A stretch of DNA of 58,085 bases, filler included, from Sphacelaria rigidula (Eukaryota), in assembly GCA_964200075.2 (NCBI GenBank). It is 5 parts of 5 records of this genome, joined end to end, with 100 filler letters (N's around TTAATTAATTAA, not from the genome) between each part and the next. Parts side by side here need not be neighbours in the genome. Positions count along the whole stretch, not along the records: positions 11,640 to 23,177 come from CAXNAA020004816.1; positions 23,278 to 34,813 come from CAXNAA020004817.1; 3 more parts are not named here. One strand, given 5' to 3'. Below are positions 11,932 to 23,345 of this stretch, one piece after another. Each line of letters starts with the position of its first letter. Within the stretch, counting starts at the first letter, position 1. The notes beneath the pieces are model-generated. The model was not told the DNA's origin. It did not search any database and saw only the letters and a program-made list of their open reading frames with translations. Made by a program: the position numbers and the translations under genes.

Positions 11932-12680
11932 CTCTGGCCGGGAATATAAGGCCGATAAGCACAAAAAGCAGTCTGTCTTGGGCCCATCATACTCTTTTCC
12001 AGAACGGTTTATACTATTGATTTTCCCGAACCGACACGGAGCGGTCAGAACCGGTGTTTTTCAAAAACTTTGATAAAAACACGTTGCCCTACCCCAGCAG
12101 AAGTCTCTCGAAGTCACCACCCCAACTTTGAACACCCGGTCAAAAGCCTTTCCCTCTTCTGGTGAGGTATGTCCGCTGCTGGGAGTGCCTCCCAGGTGCC
12201 ACAACGCAAGAATCTCAACGTTTTGGAAAAATTTGCGGGGATTCGGTACCTGCTCGCCGGCAGCAAGGACGGGATTCTGAAGCGAGGTGCGTACAAGGCA
12301 GCAGCGGAGGAGTTCGGCTGCGGATGGAAGTCGATCAACAGGTTGTGGAAGAAGCACGATCAACAGCGTGAAGCAGGCGTCGCGCACCCACAGCTGGCGG
12401 GGGTGCACATTCAGCGTCCGCACTTCGTTTCTCTCGGGGATGGGTGCATTTACGCTGGGTTTTCCACGATTCTCACCCATTCGGGGTTACTAACCAACAA
12501 TCCCCCCCCTATCGAGCGGATACATTTTGTTTTATCCGATTTGATCTTCGATCACACACCAAACTTATCCGACGTCCCACGTGACTGAATTACCCAACAT
12601 GGAGGATACAGGACATTTCGGACACATCGGCCTTACAATCCGGATATCCTTATCGGCCTTATTTCCCCGGCCAGAGGGAG
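11932..12680 (+). mobile_element. Internally deleted mariner-type (plant/oomycete DD39D-like) DNA transposon retaining the transposase N-terminus
   Basis: TIRs CTC(CCTC)TGGCCGGGRAWATAAGGCCGATAAG at both ends (left copy lacks 4 nt), flanked by TA. ORF 12169+ encodes RKNLNVLEKFAGIRYLLAGSKDGILKRGAYKAAAEEFGCGWKSINRLW, an HTH-type N-terminus. No DDD domain. Inserted in the A-rich tail of SINE B. Confidence 0.8.
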
Positions 12681-14984
12681 TAATAAATAAAACACGGCAG
12701 CGAGTGGCCCTACTGTGTCCCTCGCGGGGGGTCATATACACGGAACGAGACCAGAAGGTTCGTTTGGCCTTGTCATGACCTCCACGTTGAAAGACACGGC
12801 CAGCGTGTTTCAATGACGACCATGATGGATGACAAGGCCTAAATCGAATATTGCTTGAGCGCGCAAAGGCCTCTTACTCGCCTCATCTTCTTGGCCACAG
12901 TTATCGCCGCTATCGCTATCGCTACCGCTCATATCGCTGCCGCCGTGTTCTCTGCCCTGAGGCTTGGAGACTTGAGTCGCTCGGAGTGACTTCCGCAACG
13001 GCTGGCATTGTGGGTTGTGTAGTCTTTCTCGAATGAGAAACCGAATTCTCGCTGTTGGCCGTTCGTGGTTTGCGAGAGGAGGCCGACATAGGTTTCGCTC
13101 GAGAATCCGCCCTCCTGTTTGTTGCCGACGCTGGAGTTGCCGTCATGGAGAGCTGCTACTGGGCGAACAGTATTCTGGACATGGATGGGCGCGACACGAG
13201 AGTTGTGGTCATACGTATAACCTCAGCTCGTTATTTGGTGAATGGTTCGCAGGGGGGGGGGGAAGGGGACAGGGATGACGCGCACCCGTGTCCGCGTGTA
13301 AAACTTTTGTTACTCGCATGTGCCCTGCTTGGGGGAAACGAAACGCTATCCGAACTGCATTGCAAACTATCAGTGATGGGTATTGACCTTTCCGGGTTTA
13401 AGCGTGTGTACATGTGCACCAAGCTGACGAGCTGTGTCGCCGCCGATAACGCGAGTGACGACTGCTGCGGTACGTGTGTTGTTCCCATGACGCTGCTCAG
13501 ATCAATTATTTCATTCGCGATTGGGCTGGGGGGTCTAGGTGGGTTTTGCGATTGGTGAGAGAACGGGAAATGTTGCCACCGACCTGAGCATTTTTTGGAT
13601 GACGGTGGCAGCAGCAGTGAGTAGTTGCTAACGCTTACGGTGCTGATTTGGGGACCACGTTGCGTGCGTTCTGTAGACTGATTTTCGACACAGCGAAAGC
13701 GGAAGCTGCTGTTGAGTGATGAGGAGGTTTTGGATGTGTCAAATTAATAGGCTACTGTACAATCTGTAGGAAGACCGTTTACATCCACATTTGATTTGTT
13801 TTCCCAAGGATGCCAGCGTGTTAAAAAAATGCTGTGTCCTTGCGTGGTACGCCATACCGCACAGCCGCCAACAGAGCCTGAGATAGTTCATCAGTACAAC
13901 TCACGGCTGCAGTGTATCGTACGTCGCAGGGTCGTCGGCAAAGGTATTGTTCCATAGCCTCGAAGGGTGTAGGATCTTGAAAACCAGAAGGGCGGGGTAC
14001 ATCACTTTCAGTACGGTGCACACGTCTCAGAAAACCTTACGGAACGCAGAAACACGAGGTAGTGAGCGGACGAACACATACGACATGAGCTGTAAATGAA
14101 AGCACAAGGACGAAGTTACACCATTCAAACACCCCCAGTTGGCTAAATGAAGGGGAATGAGATCCGCCGCGCTAGCGCTAGCAACCTCTCACATTAGCAA
14201 AGCCAGCCAAGTGTCGAATGAACATAATGAACATGACTCCCCACCCCCAGACCTGAGGTACACCCTAGAGGTAGTGGTGTAAGCGCATGTGAAACAGATC
14301 TTAAGGAAGAATTGGCGCATACCCAGAGTATTGGCAAGATTTCTCGATAGCAGCTGTCTTGATGTACAGCTGGCTGCCTCTAGGTGTCTCGCACGTAACC
14401 CCAAACCATTACGAGGTACCTGTATGCGATTGCCTTCTTGACATACGATCGTTGCCCCGAGAGCTCAGTAGGGATGTGGTCAGCGGATCCTCAGTGATGA
14501 GGCAGTGGAAGCAGTCTAAGACAAATCCCAGCATTGCAGAGTCGTGGTGTCGTGCATTGATTGCTGATGCTAGGCCTAGACTCGGATGGAAGTCTGGACA
14601 AACAAGTACAAGGAAGTCTGCAAGAAGCACTGAGGGGAGGACTGTCGTCCTCCGATGTTCATAACTGCAACACGACATATCGCTGGTCGTAGCAAGTGGA
14701 GGAAGGCGCAACACCGTCTAAGAACCCCGACCGCTTCCTGTATCGATCGATCCGTGACACCCCCCCTAGCCCTCTGAGTGATCCTCAAGAATCGATGTAC
14801 CAGCAAGACACAAAACGAAAGCAAAAAACTCCGGATGACTTAAAACCCACATAGCGGGAAAAATCCCCACCCCTGAAAAAGCTGAGCGATGTCGAATGAT
14901 CCGCGACACCCTCCCCCTCCAGCACTTGAAAGATCCTCACGGATCGATCAACTGACCTGATAAACAAGGAGACAGGTTGAAAAA

Positions 14985-17450
14985 CAAGGTCTCGGAGGTG
15001 GATCAAAAACCCGCATAGCAGGAAAAAACCACCACCACAAGACGGGGGAAAGCCCGGCAACGGGAAGAAAACCCTCTGACAGAACGCGCCCTCGGTAGTG
15101 AAGGCACGAAAACAGAAACAATAAAAAGGTCTCGGAGGTAGATAAAAACACGAATAGTCGGAAAAAACCACCACCACAAGACGGGGGAAACCCGGCAACG
15201 GGAAGAATTCCCCCCGACAGAACGCGCCGTCAGTAGTTAGGGCACGAAAACAGAAGAAAAAGGTCTCGGAGGTGGATAAAAAAGACCGCAAAGTCGGAAA
15301 AAACAACCACCACAAGACGGGGAAAGCCCGGCAACGGGAAGAATTCCCCCCGACAGAACGCGCCCTCAGTAGCAAGGGCACGAAAACAGAAAATACAAAA
15401 ACAAATATCGTAGGAGGATCAAGAACCTGCATAGTTGGAAAAAAACCACCACCACAAGACAGGGGAAACCCGGCGACGGGAAGAAAACCCCCCGACAGAA
15501 CGCGCCCTCAGTAGCTAGGGCACGAAAACAGAAAAAAAAAGGACGCGGAGGAGGATAAAAAAAACTGCATAGTCGGAAAAAAAACACCACCACAAGACGG
15601 GGAAAACCCGGCAACGGGAAGAAAAACCCCGAACAGAACGCGCCCTCAGTAGCTAGCTAGGGCACGAAAACAGGAAATACAAAAACAAATCTCGTAGGTG
15701 GATCAAAAACCCGCATAGCCGGAAAAAACCACCACCACAACACGGGGGAAAGCCGGCGACGCGAAGAAAACCCCCTAACACAACGCGTGCTCAGTAGCTA
15801 GGGCACGAAAACAGAAGAAAAAAGGTCTCGGGGGTGGATAAAAAACCCGCATAGCAGGAAAAAACCACCACCACAACACGGGAGAAACCCGGCGACGGGA
15901 AGAAAACCCCCTAACAGAACGCGCCCTCAGTAGTCAAGGCACGAAAACAGAAACAAAAAAAAGGTCTCGGAGGTGGATAAAAATACCGGCACAGCAGAAA
16001 AAAACCACCACCACAAGACGGCGGACACCCGGCGACGGGGGAAGAAAAACCCCTAACAGGACGCACCCTCAGTAGTGAAGGCACGGAAACAGGAACAATA
16101 AAAAGGTCTCGGAGGTGGATAAAGAAAACCGCATAGCCGGAAAAAGTCACCACCACACGACGGGGGACACCCGGCAACGGGAAGAACCCCCCCCAACAGG
16201 ACGCACCCTCAGTAGTGAAGGCACGAAAACAGAAAATAGAAAAAAAGGTCTCGGAGGTGGATCAAAAACCCGCATAGTCGGAAAAAATCACCACCACACG
16301 ACGGGGGACACCCGGCGACGGGAAGAAAAACCTTTAACAGGACGCCCCCTCAGTAGCTAGGGCACGAAAACAGAAACAATAAAAAGGTCTCGGAGGTGGA
16401 TAAAAAACCCCGCACAGTCGGAAAAAAACCACCACCACAAGACGGGAGAAACCCGGCGACGGGAAGAAAAACCCCTAACAGGACGCACCCTTAGTAGCTA
16501 CGGCACGAAAACAGAAACAATAAAAAGGTCTCGGAGGTGGGTCAAAAACCCGCATGGCAGGAAAAAACCACCGCCACAAGACGGGGGACACCCGGCAACG
16601 GGAAGAAAAACCCCTAACAGGACGCACCCTCAGTAGTGGAACGAAAACAGAAATAATAAAAGGTCTCAGAGGTGGATAAAAAGAACCGCATAGTCGGAAA
16701 AAATCACCACCACAACACGGGGGACATCCGGCGACGGGAAGAAAACCCCCTAACACAACGCGCCCTCAGTAGTCAAGGCACGAAAACAGAATAAAAAACG
16801 TCTCGGAGGTGGATAAAAAAACCCGCACAATCGGAAAAAACAACCACCACAAGACGGGGGACACCCGGCGACGGGGAGAAAACCCCCTAACACGACGCAC
16901 CCGCAGTAGCTAGGGCACGAAAACAGGAGCAACAAAAAGGTCTCGGAGGTAAATGAAAAACCTGCATAGTTGGAAAAAACCACCACCACAAGGCGGGGGA
17001 CACCCGGCGACGGGAAAGAAAATCCATTAACAGAACGCGCCCTCAGTAGCTAGGGCATAAAAACAGGAAATAGAAAAAAAGGTCTCGTAGGTGGATAAAA
17101 AACCCCACATAGTCGGAAAAACCCACCACCACGAGACGGGGAAAGCCCGGCAACGGGAAGAAAACCCCCTAACAGAACCCACCCTCAGTAGCTAGGGCAC
17201 GAAAACAGAAAATACAAAAACAAATATCGTAGGTGGATCAAAAACTGGAATAATCGGGAAAAACCACCACCAAAAGACGGGGGAAACCCGGCAACGGGAA
17301 GAAAACCCCCCTAACACAACGCGCGCTCACTAGCTAGGGCACGAAAACAGGAACACACAGATCTCGGGGGTGGATCAAAAGCCCGCATAGCAGGAAAAAA
17401 TCACCACCGCAAGACGGGAGAAACTCGGCAACGGGAAGAAAACCCCCTGT
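14985..17450. repeat. Tandem satellite, ~140-bp unit, ~18 copies
   Basis: The motif ggtctcggaggtgga recurs at ~14988, 15127, 15262 ... 17081, 17360 with 134-146 bp spacing. The top strand is A-tract-rich and T-poor. A degenerate unit lies at ~14800-14880. Confidence 0.97.
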
Positions 17451-17722
17451 CGGAACATAGCCTCTGTCTAAGGCAGAACAAATGATGCCACCATGCGGGC
17501 AGATTAACCACCATAAGCCCCCACGGCCTCTGGTGACATGAATGGCACATCCTCTCTGCGTGACGGAACAAAGAACAGTTGCTAGGCACGCCCGTAAAAG
17601 GATACCTGTTTCCTATTTCCTCCCAACTCCGCGGAAAACAACCTCCACAACTGCAATGTTTACACTGTGTCACGTGGAAAGGACGGCGTAAGCCAGCTAT
17701 GACTGACTGCGTCTGAGACAAC

Positions 17723-18486
17723 TCAAATGTCGTCAAAATCGTCGACACCAGCGTCGTGAAATCGATCTGACTCGGAAGAGCAGCTGCTCCATTCCGAATG
17801 TTGATCGATGAGGCTTGAAATATCCTCATCGCTGGGCATCGCATGAAGAAATTCATGCGGACTCGACGTTACATACGGGTACGATGTGCGTACGGAGGGT
17901 ACTCCGACAGCCTCCCGTGGGTGTGCTGCCATATTGTCGTAGTTACTGTTGGCGACATCGACAAAGCCGAAACCTCTGACCCAAGCATCGTGGGACGCGT
18001 GTCCGGTGAGATGTGTGGGGTTAGTCTTACAGCTGTCTGCAACCTCGCCGAACCCCACAGGACGCATCCAGTCTTCGGCCCCCGTTCCGCTGACTGGTAT
18101 CGCGGAGGGAAACTTGGTAGGCGTCCACCGATAACTTTGTCCGACCTTACTCCCAACGCTCTCACCCCTCGCCCCGGTGTCGCCACTGGGGATTCCAACA
18201 CCTTGGCCCTTCTCGACATCACGGGTCGAAACCCTCCGCTCTTGCCCTTGCAGCTGCCCAAAGCGACCGTTGCAACCACCACCACGAGCACCATCAGTAC
18301 TCGTCGGCGTTCCTTGAGATGCAGTCCCAGATGCGGCGACAGTACTCGTGGAAGTTGGGCGCCCGCCCAGATGCCTGCCCAAAGCTGTCATAAGATGCTT
18401 GAGGGCAAAATGCTGGTTTCCCGTGCGGACGTTGAGGTGCCGATTCGTGACACTTATCGGCGGGGCGCCGATTCCCGGGTTCAGGC
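17723..18486 (-). CDS. Candidate terminal exon of an unidentified (possibly decayed) gene
   Basis: Polypyrimidine tract plus tcag acceptor, then an open frame of ~254 codons (GLNPGIGAPPISVTNRHLNVRTGNQHFALKHLMTALGRH...DDFDDI*). No recognisable domain. Confidence 0.35.
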
Positions 18487-19261
18487 CTGACGTAACAACG
18501 AGCGGGAGAAAACAGGAGAAAACAGGTCGGCGTTTCGACGGAGATCCACAGAAATGCCGACAACAACATTCAGTAAACGCCTGGTACCATATCAAACGGC
18601 GTCAGAGCTGTAAGGCACAACCTTCAAGCATCGTCTCCTTGTAAATGGGAAACGCCATGTCGACATAGCGCATAAAATGCCAAACGCGTCAGGCAATACG
18701 AGAACAAAGTCGAAGGGGAAGAAGGAATTGAACGTGAGCGGGGAAGGGGTGACGTCGTCATAGCAGCTACTCAGCCAAGCTGAGTGCGGTGTCAAATGAT
18801 ACTCGAGAATTGTCTTGTCACAAGCTATCCCGAGTTTCGGTCGGCAAAAGAGAATGGTGCACACGGCAAGCATGCGATATCGAGAACGGTTACATACGAG
18901 CGATGGAAGCGTTTTCCAAACCTCGAGGAGGGTGAGGTGTGTTGAGATACTCGACTTCCGGTAGCCATTTGTATCACTGCAAGGAATGCACTGTGTATTG
19001 ACTGTCGGTGACCACGACACGTTCCGACCAACAAGGATGCTCCGTCAACAAGAGGTGTCACACATCGCTCGAGACGTGTGGCGGACGCTCGAGAGATGAC
19101 GCGCAGTTCTCACCATTTCATCTCTTTCGGGTGCGTGACAGTGGTTGCAGCTCTGTCAGGTTCGGTTTCGGGCCGTTTTGTACAATGACGGCAAACCGTT
19201 CCGACAGTTACCAGTAGAGTTGGTCGATATCTATCTGTCATTTTTGTCGTTGGCGATATTG
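18155..19261. repeat. Copy 1 of a 1107-bp direct duplication
   Basis: Matches 20669-21775 at a constant offset of 2514 with only scattered substitutions. Confidence 0.97.
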
Positions 19262-20668
19262 CTGGGCTTTAATTCTTCTGGAACTCGCGATAAACAGAAC
19301 ACATTCCCATATGCGAGTTTTCGTCATCTGGAAACGCCACTTTTAGTTCGGTGCACGAATCTGTCACACTAGTGTATTTGAACTTAGAGCGGTACACCGT
19401 TGTTGTGGGCTGCATCTTCAACACTTGTAGAAACACGACCACATCTTGCTCAGGAAATCGTCAATTGTAAATCGTCATTTGTTCATCAACGGTTCCAAAA
19501 AGGGTTAACACGCGCCACAGCTCACCACAGTCAATGTTTCATCCCAAAGTCTGGTGATGAGGAGATACTAACATACCCTCCACGTATCCAAAAGATAAAC
19601 AGTTCTGTAGTCAATATTGCAGGACTTAGGGACTGACCGGTCGGTGGGGGTCCCGCGACTACGTAGTCCCAATGTCCGACTTAGGTGGTTTTGCTCGATT
19701 GAACCAATCACGATCGTTCTCATCAACACATGTAGAAAGACCGTGTCGAATTCGTGAAAATCAGAGCCCAACAATCGTGTCTTTGGACCAGTGACGGCGA
19801 AGACAAACCCCTGATGAATGAGGTGTCAAGCCGGGACTGTGTCCTTCGCCCGACCTGCCTTCCCTCCCGGGATATATGCAGACTCTATGTAGAGCCCTCG
19901 TACTTTCCAGTGCGAAGAGAGCATGCCATGCGAGAAGATGCAAAGAAAAAATTATCTACAACGGAAATTGCCCGACGGAATTGTGTAGAGTACATACGTG
20001 TGAACCAATGCCGATAACTGTCGCGAATGAGTACACAGAGACCCCCATTCGTTGGGCTTCTACCTAATCATTGCGCGACAGCCGGAAAAGAATATGTGTT
20101 CTGGACCAAATATGGATAACAACATCCCTTGTCACTTTTCGTTGCTTGTATTTTCGTATTTCTCGCGTAGTATTCTTCCTCAGCATTTGAAAGTGCTTGA
20201 GGCGGTGGATGTTGAGAAAACAAGCAGGTCGCGGTCAGGACACAATCCCCAAGTTGGCGTTGTCGGCGTGGTACGAACTAAAGATCTCGTCTATCAGAGG
20301 TTGTAATTGGCCGTCATTGATCCAAAACAGCCGTCACTGGGCCAAAACAATGCAGCTTTTCGGCTCTAGCGCAATGAATAGGTAAGAGTAGACAGAGACG
20401 CTCTTCACATTTTCTGTTCACGAGAACGATGTGGATCAGTTCAATCGAGCAACAGTACCTTCGAGTCAGAGCCTTGGGCTGTGTGGTCACAGACCGCGGA
20501 GGACTTGTCAGCCGGTAAGCCATTCAACGTGTACAGAATGGGTTGGTTTCTTCTCGTCACGTGGAGCGAATGCTAGCATCTCTCGATCTCGAAACTTCGG
20601 GGTCAAGCGCCCCCTGCGATGAGCGTTGGTGCGCGAAAATACTTCTGAAACCGCTGATAACGTCGTCT

Positions 20669-21775
20669 AACGCACTCACCTCTCGCCCCGGTGTCGCCAC
20701 TGGGGATTCCAACACCTTGGCCCTTCTCGACATCACGGGTCGAAACCCTCCGCTCTTGCCCTTGCAGCTGCCCAAAGCGACCGTTGCAACCACCACCACG
20801 AGCACCATCAGTACTCGTCGGCGTTCCTTGAGATGCAGTCCCAGATGCGGCGACAGTACTCGTGGAAGTTGGGCGCCCGCCCAGATGCCTGCCCAAAGCT
20901 GTCATAAGATGCTTGAGGGCAAAATGCTGGTTTCCCGTGCGGACGTTGAGGTGCCGATTCGTGACACTTATCGGCGGGGCGCCGATTCCCGGGTTCAGGC
21001 CTGACGTAACAACGAGCGGGAGAAAACAGGAGAAAACAGGTCGGCGTTTCGACGGCGATCCATAGAAATGCCGACAACAACATTCAGTAAACGCCTGGTA
21101 CCATATCAAACGGCGTCAGAGCTGTAAGGCACAACCTTCAAGCATCGTCTCCTTGTAAATGGGAAACGCCATGTCGACATAGCGCATAAAATGCCAAACG
21201 CGTCAGGCAATACCAGAACAAAGTCGAAAGGGAAGAAGGAATTGAACGTGAGCGGGGAAGGGGTGACGTCGTCATAGCAGCTACCCAGCCAAGCTGAGTG
21301 CGGTGTCAAATGATACTCGAGAATTGTCTTGTCACAAGCTATCCCGAGTTTCGGTCGGCAAAAGAGAATGGTGCACACGGCAAGCATGCGATATCGAGAA
21401 CGGTTACATACGAGCGATGGAAGCGTTTTCCAAACCTCGAGGAGGGTGAGGTGTGTTGAGATACTCGACTTCCGGTAGCCATTTGTATCACTGCAAGGAA
21501 TGCACTGTGTACTGACTGTCGGTGACCACGACACGTTCCGACCAACAAGGATGCTCCGTCAACAAGAGGTGTCACACATCGCTCGAGACGTGTGGCGAAC
21601 GCTCGAGAGATGACGCGCAGTTCTCACCATGTCATCTCTTTCGGGTGCGTGACAGTGGTTGCAGCTCTGTCAGGTTCAGTTTCGGGCCATTTTGTACAAT
21701 GACGGCAAACCGTTCCGACAGTTACCAGTAGAGTTGGTCGATATCTATCTGTCATTTTTGTCGTTGGCGATATTG
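20669..21775. repeat. Copy 2 of the 1107-bp direct duplication (contains candidate 321-nt exon 20680-21000, minus)
   Basis: See copy 1. This copy has a canonical donor gag|gtgagt at its left edge. Confidence 0.97.
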
Positions 21776-22505
21776 ATGAGTTCAAACACGCCGGGCAAGC
21801 ACGAGTGACTCGTGGCACTCGCACTTGCTGGGCTGCTCGTTGGCCGTAAAAATTGCACAAGTCGGACGAGTCATTACTCGTCGAAACGAGTGCAATCGTG
21901 GATGTTTGAAAATACAACGAGCATGAATCGTGTGCCCGAGTCATTAACTTGTTTTGCAACGAGCAATGACTCGTGCGCTCGAGTCATTACTTATTCTCAA
22001 AACGAGCAATGACTCGAGTGCTCGCCCAATTGATTTTCTTCCACAACGAGCAATGACTCGAATGCTCGCCGTATTAAATTTTGCCGCCAACGAGCAATGG
22101 CTCGAGTGCTCGCCCAATTGATTTTCTTCCACAACGAGCAATGACTCAAATGCTCGCCGTATTAGCTTTTCCCACAACGACCAACTACTCCAGTGCTCGC
22201 CCGATTGATTTTTCTCCACAACAAGCAATGGCTCTAGTGCTCGCTCTATTAACTGTTCCCACAACGAGCGATGATTCGAGTGCTCGCCCAATCATTTGTT
22301 TTGACCAACGAGCAGCCCAACGATTGCGAGTGCCACGATTCACAATCGTGCTCGTCCGACGTATGAAAAATTGATAGGGCAGCACCCGAGTCAGTGCTCG
22401 TTGCAGAAACGCTCATGGGGCGAGCACTCGAGTCATTGCTCGCTGTGGAAAAAAAATATTAGGGCGAGCACTCGAGTCATTGCTCGTTGTGGTCAAATTC
22501 ACCCC
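21776..22505. mobile_element. Foldback/MITE-like element built from ~43-bp units (acaacgagcaatgactcgagtgctcgccc...) in both orientations
   Basis: About 9-10 forward units at 21915-22310 and 3 inverted units at 22375-22495. 21789-21845 is an inverted copy of 22305-22360. No TSD was established. Confidence 0.65.
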
Positions 22506-23177
22506 TTTGGGATCGGGCCTCCAGAACGACCAATGAGGCGGGCTAGGAATGACGAGTCTGGCGTCTGCACGAAACAGTGGCATGTTGCTCAAAATTCGCG
22601 CATGTAGCCGCAGGGTTATGAGGAAGACGGAAAGTTTCAGCCAATCTATTTTCAGGTGCAGGGTGCGCATTAGGTAATGTACATCTGATGTAGCAAGTGG
22701 TATGTGTCGCCGTAGAAAGCCTCAACAGGATGCGGCAACCGGCGGGCCGCCCGCTACTTGTGGCTTTGGATGATATCATTGTCTGCATCACCTGGCTACG
22801 CAGCCCTTTGTGGTCGGGGTGTGCCGCGACTTCCCTCTTTGTTGCAAGCGGCAAATTCTCTTCGAAGGGTATCAGCGTTGCGACGCACATACATACAGTA
22901 GCCAGCATCAGAAGTTTTCAGAATTCGTAGTCGTTGTAGGTCTTGAGTTTTTCTCGACTATTATTCTTCGCTACTACTTGAAAGTGCTAGCGCCGGTAGA
23001 TTTAGGGGGAAACGTAGGCCGCCCTCAAACTGCAGTGTCCATGTTGGTGTTCTTGGGGCAACACGCACCCACGGCAGTGTTCATACTCGATACCTCGCAA
23101 CGCCTTCGTAATTACTTTCAGTACAGAGCGCTACTCATCATTATGGAGTAATCGAATAGACGAGTAGTTGAGTAGGT

Positions 23178-23277
23178 NNNNNNNNNNNNNNNNNNNNNNN
23201 NNNNNNNNNNNNNNNNNNNNNTTAATTAATTAANNNNNNNNNNNNNNNNNNNNNNNNNNNNNNNNNNNNNNNNNNNN
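23178..23277. other. Artificial scaffold spacer
   Basis: N44-TTAATTAATTAA-N44. Confidence 0.99.
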
Positions 23278-23345
23278 CCCAGTACGAATGTACCGCTCAG
23301 ATATCGGAACGGGTTTTAATGTGAAGACAACAACAACAACAACAA
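23278..23345 (+). mobile_element. 3' end of the (CAA)n-tailed retroposon
   Basis: Near-identical to 11640-11713. Confidence 0.75.

Noticed and set aside
12810-13490. Minus-strand Ser/Thr-rich gene fragments
   Set aside because: Low-complexity and frameshifted with no recognisable domain, so no call can be supported.
14985-17450. CRISPR array or coding repeat
   Set aside because: Whole units are homologous, with no unique spacers and no cas genes, in a eukaryotic context. The ORFs are artefacts of the T-poor strand and frameshift at A-runs.
18155-21775. LTR pair of a TRIM/LARD element
   Set aside because: No TG...CA termini, TSD, PBS or PPT were found.
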